Positions 15,016-22,409 of a stretch of 25,106 nucleotides of DNA are shown one piece after another (positions within the stretch are counted from its first letter, which is position 1; each line of letters starts with the position of its first letter). The translations under genes and the position numbers were made by a program. Source of the DNA: a virus (lineage: Duplodnaviria > Caudoviricetes); the IMG/VR virus record IMGVR_UViG_3300030673_000044, positions 1 to 25,106 of that record; one strand, given 5' to 3'. The notes beneath the pieces are model-generated. The model saw only the letters and a list, made by a program, of their open reading frames with translations. It was not told the DNA's origin and searched no databases.

Positions 15016-15080
15016 TGGAGACCTTGCATGACCGCCGTCACCCACATCAAACCCCACGTGTCGAACATCGTCGCACCTGA
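14100..15080 (+). pseudogene. C5 cytosine DNA methyltransferase, alpha frame, interrupted by in-frame TGA 14661-14663
   Basis: FFAGVG (motif I), GSCPCQPFS (IV), GEQV (VI), [10 protein letters not shown] (VIII); same frame resumes to [12 protein letters not shown] (X). Confidence 0.85.
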
Positions 15081-17004
15081 TGAAATGCGCAACCTGCCCG
15101 CCTGGTTGGTATGGCGGTTCGAGTATCACGAGGGTGAGGCCAAGCCCCGCAAGATTCCCTACTACACGACGGGCGCCAAGCGCCACGGCAAGCAGGGGGA
15201 ACCAGAGGACCGCCAGCAGCTCACCACATTCGACGCAGCGCGCACAGCTGCAGCCCGGCGGGGCTTCGACGGCGTGGGCTTTGTGCCCATGCCTAAGTTC
15301 AACATCTGTGCGCTGGACTTCGACAAGTGCATCACCAACGGGGTGCTGCACCCAGACCTTGAGCCCATAGTCACCAACACCTACGCCGAATATTCACCCA
15401 GCGGGGTTGGCGTCCGCGCTTTTGTGAAGGGTCAATATGGCAACTCAAAATCACATGGGGAGCCCTACGGATTTGAAGTCTTCAGCTCCAAGGGCTTCGT
15501 CACCTTCACCGGAAATCGACTCGACATCACTGACATCCTCGGCAACGAGAACAATATCGCAACCGTCGACGACGCCGTGCGTGGACTTTGCACACAGCGT
15601 TTTGCGCGTCCCCCTGGGGAGATTCACGTCAGCGCTGGTGAACCAGTGGGTCTTAGTACCCAGCAAATAGAAAGCCTGCTGGTAGCTCTCAACCCAGACA
15701 TGGGCCACGACGAGTGGCTGGCCGTCGGCATGGGCCTGCACCACGAGACCCGGGGCGAGGGATTCGACTACTGGTGTGATTGGTCAGAGCTCGGGGGCAA
15801 GTTCCCGGGGCGCGATGTCTTGCTTCAGCGCTGGTCGTCCTTTGGTAAGAACCACGAGCGCACAGTCACCATCCGCACAGCCATGAAAATGGCAGGCATG
15901 GCGGTCAATGGCCCCGCCTTAATGGAAGAGTTTGATGCGCTGCCAGCCCTCGAAGATAAAGGGCTGGCAGCTACAGATTCAGTAGCGCCTACTCTCAGAT
16001 TCCCAGTGCTCACCGCCAGCGAGTTCGCCAACAAGCCCGCGCCCAGCTGGATCATCAAGCACGTGTTGCCCGAGGCTGAACTGGTCGTGCTCTACGGCGC
16101 CAGCGGGTCGGGCAAGACATTCATGGCGTTGGACATGGCCGGGTGCATCGCTCGGGGGCTGCCGTGGCGGGGCAAGAAGACCAAGCAAGGCCGGGTTGTC
16201 TACATCGCCGCCGAAGGCGCCGGGGGCTTCAGGAACCGAATGCAAGCCTACGCTCAACACAACGTCATTGACCTCGACGCCTTGAACATCGGGGTCATCA
16301 ACGCGGCGCCCAACTTCTTAGAAAAGATAGACGCCCTGGATGTGGCCAGGTCCATCAAGGCCAGTGGCGGTGCTGACGTGGTGGTCGTGGACACGTTCGC
16401 CCAGGTCATGCCAGGGGGGAACGAGAACGCAGGTGAGGACATGGGCAAGGCCATGGCCCACTGCAAGGGCATCCACCGGGCCACAGGCGCTGTGGTGATC
16501 TTGATCCATCACGCGGGCAAGGACAGCAGCAAAGGTGCTCGAGGGTGGTCAGGGCTGCGCGCTGCAGCGGATGCAGAGCTGGAGGCCATTCGCACGCCTA
16601 CAGGGCGCATGCTGCGCTTGTCCAAGCAAAAGGACGGCGAGGACGAGCTAGAGTGGGGTTTTGACCTGGACATCGTACGTATTGGCGTCGATGAAGACCT
16701 GGAGCCCATCACCTCGTGCGTTGTGATCGAGGCGGCCATACCAGCGGTGGGGGGCATTGCCAGCCGCAAGCTGGGGGTGGTTGAGGCTGTCGTCAATGCC
16801 GTGATTCAAGAGTTCGCCAAGGCCCAGACTGAAGGCATTGAAGTTGGCCCAGTGCTGGCTGATTCAATCAAGCGCATGGACCCTCCAGCCGATGGCAAGC
16901 GGGACACCCGGCGCATGCGGGCACGCAAGGCTTTGGAGTCGCTGTGTAGTGGCGACGAGGCACCGTATTGGCTTGGTGATGATGGTTGTATTGCAATTTG
17001 CTGA
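15028..17004 (+). CDS. Primase-helicase: N-terminal primase/prim-pol, PriCT-2, C-terminal AAA_25/RecA-like helicase
   Basis: WLVW...KIPY, ALDFD, EYSPSG.G; DEWLAVGMGLH...W.DWS...KF; GASGSGKT, YIAAEG, VVVDT, HHAGKD, RGWS. Confidence 0.92.
   Translation: MTAVTHIKPHVSNIVAPDEMRNLPAWLVWRFEYHEGEAKPRKIPYYTTGAKRHGKQGEPEDRQQLTTFDAARTAAARRGFDGVGFVPMPKFNICALDFDKCITNGVLHPDLEPIVTNTYAEYSPSGVGVRAFVKGQYGNSKSHGEPYGFEVFSSKGFVTFTGNRLDITDILGNENNIATVDDAVRGLCTQRFARPPGEIHVSAGEPVGLSTQQIESLLVALNPDMGHDEWLAVGMGLHHETRGEGFDYWCDWSELGGKFPGRDVLLQRWSSFGKNHERTVTIRTAMKMAGMAVNGPALMEEFDALPALEDKGLAATDSVAPTLRFPVLTASEFANKPAPSWIIKHVLPEAELVVLYGASGSGKTFMALDMAGCIARGLPWRGKKTKQGRVVYIAAEGAGGFRNRMQAYAQHNVIDLDALNIGVINAAPNFLEKIDALDVARSIKASGGADVVVVDTFAQVMPGGNENAGEDMGKAMAHCKGIHRATGAVVILIHHAGKDSSKGARGWSGLRAAADAELEAIRTPTGRMLRLSKQKDGEDELEWGFDLDIVRIGVDEDLEPITSCVVIEAAIPAVGGIASRKLGVVEAVVNAVIQEFAKAQTEGIEVGPVLADSIKRMDPPADGKRDTRRMRARKALESLCSGDEAPYWLGDDGCIAIC
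15945..15986 (+). repeat. 42-bp double-hairpin repeat, copy B, in frame in the primase-helicase linker
   Basis: Exact reverse complement of 2258-2299; encodes ALEDKGLAATDSVA. Confidence 0.95.
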
Positions 17005-17016
17005 AAGGGGTTTGCT

Positions 17017-17222
17017 ATGAAACTTATTCACATGCCGAGCGCGGAAAGCGATGAAGAAAAGTACCTGTATGAGCAAATCAGAATGCTTCAGGAGGCGTAT
17101 TACCTGCCACAAAACCCCTTGTTGACCGCCTTGTTGCCATTAAAAACATGGGGCAACCTCGCTACTATTTGGAGTTTGAACCGGGTTATGCGCCGTTTGT
17201 GCCGGGCAATGTGCCTCACTGA
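17017..17222 (+). pseudogene. Small phage protein, probable frameshift at ~17104
   Basis: EEKYLYEQIRMLQEAYY then -1 frame ATKPLVDRLVAIKNMGQPRYYLEF...PH* (TGA 17220-17222), ending just before the iteron region. Confidence 0.55.
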
Positions 17223-17400
17223 ACGCGCAGTTTCGTGCGGATTGGACGATGCAACACGCAACTTTTCATGCAACTTGCAATTTATTACCGTGTTGCGCAG
17301 CTACAAAAATCGCAATGCAATGCAACACCACCCTTTGGGGTGTTGCATTTGTTGCGTGTAGCGGGGCAAATTACGTGGCGAACGTGCAAACTTTTACACA
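17223..17400. other. Putative replication origin: GCAA(C)/(G)TTGC iterons converging on an 11-bp inverted repeat
   Basis: AATGCAACACC 17319-17329 / GGTGTTGCATT 17339-17349; many (T)GCAAC copies; lies just downstream of primase-helicase. Confidence 0.6.
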
Positions 17401-17412
17401 CTGGAGGGGTGT

Positions 17413-17649
17413 ATGCAGAAACTGGTAGCACTCAACGAAAACGGCAACCGCATCGGTGAAAACCATCCACGAGCCAAACTGCTGGACGTTGAGATCGATC
17501 AGGTGCACGCACTGCGTGACGCTGGTCTGACGCTCACCGAGATTGGCAACAAGATGGACATGAGCAAGGGTGGCATCTGGAAAATACTGAACGGGTACCG
17601 GCGCAGCCAAACGGTGGTGCGCATGGTTCGGGTGTCCGTACTTGGTTGA
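17413..17649 (+). CDS. Small HTH DNA-binding protein (candidate late activator)
   Basis: GGAGG RBS; GENHPRAKL then LRDAGLTLTEIGNKMDMSKGGIWKIL HTH. Confidence 0.75.
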   Translation: MQKLVALNENGNRIGENHPRAKLLDVEIDQVHALRDAGLTLTEIGNKMDMSKGGIWKILNGYRRSQTVVRMVRVSVLG

Positions 17650-17663
17650 TCTGCCTGTATCTT
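17632..17663 (+). promoter_or_regulatory. Candidate late promoter 1 (GTGTCCGT...TATCTT)
   Basis: Motif starts 26 nt before the -10-like hexamer; terS ATG 6 nt after it. Confidence 0.6.
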
Positions 17664-17669
17664 CACCCC

Positions 17670-18212
17670 ATGGCCGATAAACACTACCCCTGGCGCACCG
17701 CCTACCTGAACGCTCTGCGCGAGCTTCCGGTGATCAAGCACGCTTGCGAAGCGGCTGGGGTGGACCGCTCAACCGCTTGGCGTGCCCGTGAGGCAGACCC
17801 AGAGTTCGCAGACGCCGAGCGCGAGGCAATGGAAGAAGGCATTGATAAAGCCGAAGCGGAGGCCTTCAGGCGGGGCGTGGTGGGTTTTGAAGAGCCCGTT
17901 GTGGACAAGGGCCGCCTAGCCTACCGCTATGAGCGCTACGTTGATCCTGAGGGTGCCGAGCACTATCGCCCGATGCTGGGCGACAACGGCCAGCCTATCC
18001 CCCTCACGATCCGAAAGCACAGCGACACCATGCTGGTGCTGGTGCTCAAAGGACGGCGCAAGAAGGTCTACGCAGACCGCACAGAACTGACTGGCGCAGA
18101 GGGTGCGCCAGTGCAGTTCGATGAAACGACGCGCAGTGCGCGCGTGGCCCAGCTCCTGGCCCTCGCAGCACAGCGCAAGACGCAACAAGATGACTTTGGG
18201 GATTTGGCATGA
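17670..18212 (+). CDS. terS: Terminase small subunit
   Basis: L.ALRE......ACEAAGVDRSTAW..R..DPEFA...EA.RRGV.G...RKHSD.ML...LKG; upstream of terL; start ATG 17670. Confidence 0.85.
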   Translation: MADKHYPWRTAYLNALRELPVIKHACEAAGVDRSTAWRAREADPEFADAEREAMEEGIDKAEAEAFRRGVVGFEEPVVDKGRLAYRYERYVDPEGAEHYRPMLGDNGQPIPLTIRKHSDTMLVLVLKGRRKKVYADRTELTGAEGAPVQFDETTRSARVAQLLALAAQRKTQQDDFGDLA

Positions 18213-18397
18213 GTAAACTGCCTGACAGACGGTTATTTATTGACGAGCAAGCGGGGTCCGACTTGGCATGCAACATACTGGCTGAAGGGCATACCTGGGA
18301 AGCTATGCGTGATGCCGCAGCGCGTGTAAGTATGTTTTGGCCAGAAGCTGTGGGGGTAATGGCCGCACCTTCAAACAGTGGGATATCACTATCATGA
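18209..18397 (+). CDS. Hypothetical protein between terS and terL
   Basis: ATGA-coupled on both sides. Confidence 0.55.
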   Translation: MSKLPDRRLFIDEQAGSDLACNILAEGHTWEAMRDAAARVSMFWPEAVGVMAAPSNSGISLS

Positions 18398-18492
18398 AAA
18401 ACTTCTACGAACGCTACCAAATTGATATCAACATCACTATTGGCCTAGCCTCCTGCTGGGTGTTCTTTGCTTTGATTCTTGTTGCTTTGTGA
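18394..18492 (+). CDS. 32-aa membrane peptide (MKNFYERYQIDINITIGLASCWVFFALILVAL)
   Basis: ATGA overlap at start, GTGA overlap with terL start; one TM helix. Confidence 0.55.
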   Translation: MKNFYERYQIDINITIGLASCWVFFALILVAL

Positions 18493-20099
18493 CCCCCCAA
18501 GAAGTCCGTGCACTTGAGCGCTACCTGACACCGGCTGAACGTGAAGAGCTGAACGCCTTGGTGTCAGCCGACATCAAAGCGCGCGTATGGCGCCCACTGC
18601 CAGGCCCGCAGACCATGGCCTACGAGTCCTTGGCTGATGTCATTGGGTTTGGTGGTGCAGCAGGTGGGGGCAAGACTGACTTGGCCATTGGCCTAGCGCT
18701 TACCGAGCATTACCGCACGCAGTTCTTCCGCCGCGAAGGCCCACAACTCACTGGGGTAATTGATCGCCTGGCCGAGATCGTAGGCTCCCGCGACGACATC
18801 AACGGCAAGCCCACCGTATACCGCGACAGTGACGACAGGCTGATCGAGTTTAACTCCATGCCCAACTTGGGTGATGAAACCAAGTACCAAGGACGGCCCA
18901 AAGACCTGCTTGTCATTGATGAGGCCGCCAACTTCCTTGAGGCGCAGGTGCGCTTCGTCAAGGGTTGGGTGCGTACCACACGCCCTGGTCAACGCACACG
19001 CACGCTGCTGACCTTCAACCCACCGACCAACGCCGAAGGCCGATGGGTGATCAGCTTCTTTGCGCCTTGGCTGGATAAGCGCCACCCCATGTACCCAACA
19101 GGGCCGGGCGAGCTGCGCTACGTCTACGTGGACCCTGAGTCAGGCAAAGACGCGTGGATCACAGACCACAACCCCAGGTCGTTCGTGCTGGTGGCCGGGG
19201 AGCGCGTCTACGACTTCGACCCACTGGCGTACCGCCCTGAAGAGATCGTTCAGCCTGAATCCCGCACGTTTATCCCGTCGCGTATCACCGATAATCCGTT
19301 CCTTGTGTCAACAGGCTACATGGCGCAACTGCAGGCCCTGCCCGAGCCACTGCGCAGCCAGATGCTGAACGGCAACTTCGAGGCGGGCATGGAGGACGGC
19401 CCGTGGCAGGTGACCCCAACCTCGTGGGTTGAGATCGCCATGGCGCGGTGGAAAGAGCGCAGCCCGCGTGGCGAAATGTTGTCGATGGGGGTTGACGTGG
19501 CGCGCGGGGGCAAAGACAACACCGCGCTGTCAACCCGGCACAAGACGCCAGAGACTGACCTGTGGTTCGACAAACTCAAGTTGCACCCAGGCAGCGAGAC
19601 ACCAAACGGCAACATCGTCGCGGGCCTGGTAATCGGTGAGCGCAGGGACTACGCACCCATCATGATCGACGTGATTGGTGTCGGCGCCAGCCCTTACGAC
19701 GTGCTCAACAGCTCAGGGCAGGATGTGTACGGCATCAACGTCAGCGAGAAGGCCACCTCGCGCGACAAGTCGGGGCGCCTGAGCTTCATGAACCTGCGCA
19801 GCCAGCTCTGGTGGCAGATGCGCGAGGCGCTGGACCCCACGGCGGACAATGGTATAGCGCTTCCCCCTGACAAGGACTTACTGGCCGAGCTGTGCGCCCC
19901 CCGCTGGGAACTGTCGGGCATGATGATCAAGGTTGAGAGCCGGGACGAGGTGGTCAAACGTGTGGGCCGAAGTCCTGACCGCGCCAGCGCCGTCATCCTG
20001 GCCTTGATCGACATGCCCAAGGTGCGCGCCATCCAGGCGTTGCGCGAACCAGACAGGCCGAGCATGAACTACGACCCATACGCTAACCTGCACAGGTAG
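18489..20099 (+). CDS. terL: Terminase large subunit
   Basis: GGAAGGGKT Walker A, LLVIDEA Walker B, TFNPP, nuclease GVDVARGGKD, SPDRASA. Confidence 0.95.
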   Translation: MTPQEVRALERYLTPAEREELNALVSADIKARVWRPLPGPQTMAYESLADVIGFGGAAGGGKTDLAIGLALTEHYRTQFFRREGPQLTGVIDRLAEIVGSRDDINGKPTVYRDSDDRLIEFNSMPNLGDETKYQGRPKDLLVIDEAANFLEAQVRFVKGWVRTTRPGQRTRTLLTFNPPTNAEGRWVISFFAPWLDKRHPMYPTGPGELRYVYVDPESGKDAWITDHNPRSFVLVAGERVYDFDPLAYRPEEIVQPESRTFIPSRITDNPFLVSTGYMAQLQALPEPLRSQMLNGNFEAGMEDGPWQVTPTSWVEIAMARWKERSPRGEMLSMGVDVARGGKDNTALSTRHKTPETDLWFDKLKLHPGSETPNGNIVAGLVIGERRDYAPIMIDVIGVGASPYDVLNSSGQDVYGINVSEKATSRDKSGRLSFMNLRSQLWWQMREALDPTADNGIALPPDKDLLAELCAPRWELSGMMIKVESRDEVVKRVGRSPDRASAVILALIDMPKVRAIQALREPDRPSMNYDPYANLHR

Positions 20100-20101
20100 C
20101 T

Positions 20102-20133
20102 GTGTCCGTAACCCCCACCCCCATCTGCACAAT
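20102..20133 (+). promoter_or_regulatory. Candidate late promoter 2 (GTGTCCGT...CACAAT)
   Basis: Same 26-nt spacing; intergenic between terL and head genes. Confidence 0.6.
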
Positions 20134-20159
20134 GCGCGAAACTGCATAGGATCACGCAC

Positions 20160-20357
20160 ATGTGTCTATCAACGTCAACCCCAAGCGTCTCCACGCCCGC
20201 TGCCGCACAGGATGTCAAACAGCCTGAGACAACAGTATTGACCGACAAAGCCAAGATGAACCGCACGAACGGTGCCGTCGGTGGGAGCACCTTGCTTACC
20301 GGGCCGAGCGGCGTAGCCACGGCCACCACTGGTAAAACCTCCTTGCTGGGCGGGTAA
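20160..20357 (+). CDS. Small virion-associated protein preceding portal
   Basis: MC start, STLLTGPSG...KTSLLG C-terminus typical of podovirus pre-portal genes; TAATG coupling. Confidence 0.75.
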   Translation: MCLSTSTPSVSTPAAAQDVKQPETTVLTDKAKMNRTNGAVGGSTLLTGPSGVATATTGKTSLLGG

Positions 20358-22051
20358 TGGACGAGCCAATCAACCGCAGACAGCGCATGCTGGCGCGCAA
20401 GTCTGCGCTGACCACAGAACGCTCAAGCTGGATTCCACACTGGCGAGAGATCAGCGACTACCAGCAGCCCCGCGCTGGCCGGTACTTCGTCACTGACCGC
20501 AACCGGGGCGACAAGCGCAGCAACAACATCCTTGACAACACTGCAGTGTTCGGCATCCGCACACTGGCGGCGGGCATGATGTCGGGCATGACCAGCCCAG
20601 CGCGCCCGTGGTTTCGTATGGAGATCGAGGACAAAGACTTGATGGAGTCCGCTGCTGTCAAGACCTGGCTACACGAATCCGCTGGCGTCCTACGTACTAT
20701 CTTTTCCGCGAGCAACACCTACCGCGCGTTGCACATGATGTACGAGGAGTTGGGGCTGTTCGGCACGGCGGCCAGCATCGTGCTGCCTGACTTCGACAAC
20801 GTGATCCACCACTACCCGCTGACCGTGGGGGAGTACATGCTGGCCACCAACAGCAAGGGGGTAGTGGATACCCTATGCCGTGAGTTTCAGATGACCGTCG
20901 GCCAGATGGTCGAACAGTTTGGACTTGAGAAGTGCAGCATCAGTGTGCAGAACCTGTACGACCGCAAGGCGCTGGATACCTGGGTTGATGTGGTGCACAT
21001 GATCGAGCCCCGGCGCGACCGCGACGTGCGCAAGAAAGACGGTAAGAACAAGAAGTTCGCATCGATCTACATGGAGCCCGGCAAGGACAATTACGACAAG
21101 TTCCTGGGCGAGTCTGGCTTCGACCACTTTCCAGCACTGGCCCCGCGCTGGGCGGTCACTGGCAACGATGTGTATGGTTCAAGCCCTGGCATGGACTGTC
21201 TAGGCGATGTAAAGCAGTTGCAGCACCAGCAGTTGCGCAAGGGTCAAGCCATTGACTACCAAGTCAACCCACCCCTGGCCGTGCCCGTTGGGTACAAGGA
21301 GGCCAAGGGCTCCCGGCTACCGGGCGGGGTCATGTACGTGGATAATGTGGGAACCACTGGGGGTATCAAGAGCGCATTCGAGGTCAACCTGAACCTGCAG
21401 CACTTGAACCTCGACATCAACGATGTGCGCGAGCGCATCCGTCAGGCGTATTACGCCGACTTGTTCCTGATGATCAGCAGCGATACCCGGTCTGGCACCA
21501 CGGCCACTGAGATCGCACAGCGCCAAGAGGAAAAGCTGTTGATGCTTGGACCAGTGCTGGAGCGCTTGCAGAACGAGCTGTTGTCTCCGCTGATCGATAC
21601 CGCGTTCCGCTACGCCAGCGATGCAGGTATATTGCCGCCACCTCCTGACGAGTTGCAAGGCATGGAGCTGAAGGTAGAGTTCATCAGCGTGCTGGCGCAA
21701 GCGCAGCGCGCGGTGGCCAGCCAGGGTATCGACCGCTGGCTGGGCACCGTTGGCCAGCTCGCCAGGCTCAAGTCCGATATTCTGGACAAGGTGGATTTTG
21801 ATCAAGCCATAGATGACTACGGCGACATGTTTGGGGTAAACCCCAAGCTGATCGTGCCAGACGACGCAGTGTCCAAGGTCCGCGCAGCTCGCGCTCAAGC
21901 GCAACAAGCAGCCCAGACAGCAGCCTCTATGCCCGCCGCCGCCGCCGCCGTGAAGACCGTGGGTGACACCAACCTAGGCAACGTGTCCGAAGCCAAGGAT
22001 CTGATGTCTAGCCTCATGGGTTACGGCGCACCTAGCGCTTCGTCCGTGTAG
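20357..22051 (+). CDS. Portal (head-to-tail connector), T7 gp8/BPP-1 type
   Basis: LAAGMMSGMTSPARPWF, FGTA, RW....DVYG.SPG, TATEI..R.EEKL..LGPVLERL..E.L.PLI. Confidence 0.95.
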   Translation: MDEPINRRQRMLARKSALTTERSSWIPHWREISDYQQPRAGRYFVTDRNRGDKRSNNILDNTAVFGIRTLAAGMMSGMTSPARPWFRMEIEDKDLMESAAVKTWLHESAGVLRTIFSASNTYRALHMMYEELGLFGTAASIVLPDFDNVIHHYPLTVGEYMLATNSKGVVDTLCREFQMTVGQMVEQFGLEKCSISVQNLYDRKALDTWVDVVHMIEPRRDRDVRKKDGKNKKFASIYMEPGKDNYDKFLGESGFDHFPALAPRWAVTGNDVYGSSPGMDCLGDVKQLQHQQLRKGQAIDYQVNPPLAVPVGYKEAKGSRLPGGVMYVDNVGTTGGIKSAFEVNLNLQHLNLDINDVRERIRQAYYADLFLMISSDTRSGTTATEIAQRQEEKLLMLGPVLERLQNELLSPLIDTAFRYASDAGILPPPPDELQGMELKVEFISVLAQAQRAVASQGIDRWLGTVGQLARLKSDILDKVDFDQAIDDYGDMFGVNPKLIVPDDAVSKVRAARAQAQQAAQTAASMPAAAAAVKTVGDTNLGNVSEAKDLMSSLMGYGAPSASSV

Positions 22052-22052
22052 C

Positions 22053-22084
22053 GTGTCCGTGTGACGTGTAGCGCGCAATACGAT
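22053..22084 (+). promoter_or_regulatory. Candidate late promoter 3 (GTGTCCGT...TACGAT)
   Basis: Same 26-nt spacing; ATG 22092 7 nt after the -10. Confidence 0.6.
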
Positions 22085-22091
22085 GCGCCGC

Positions 22092-22409
22092 ATGTCAATC
22101 ACCCGTGACCCAACCGATACCGCCTCGCAAGAGCGCGAAGCCGTGCTCGAAGAGCAAAAGGCGCGTGAAATCCGCAGGCGGGAAGTTGGCGATCTGACGT
22201 GGTTGATGGCGAACGCCCAAGGCCGTCGCATTGTTTGGCGACTGCTGCAGCGCGCAGGCGTGTACATGTCATCCTTCAACCATAGCGGCAGCGTTATGGC
22301 GTTCAACGAAGGACGGCGCGACATGGGCCTGTTCCTGCTTGCAGAAACCAGCGATGCCTCCCCAAATGGGCTCCTGAAGATGATTACCGAAAACCAGGGC
22401 CAAAAATGA
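22092..22409 (+). CDS. Bbp19-like head-module protein
   Basis: D..WLM....GRRIVWRLL..AGV...SF......MAFNEGRR.MGL; between portal and scaffold. Confidence 0.8.
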   Translation: MSITRDPTDTASQEREAVLEEQKAREIRRREVGDLTWLMANAQGRRIVWRLLQRAGVYMSSFNHSGSVMAFNEGRRDMGLFLLAETSDASPNGLLKMITENQGQK

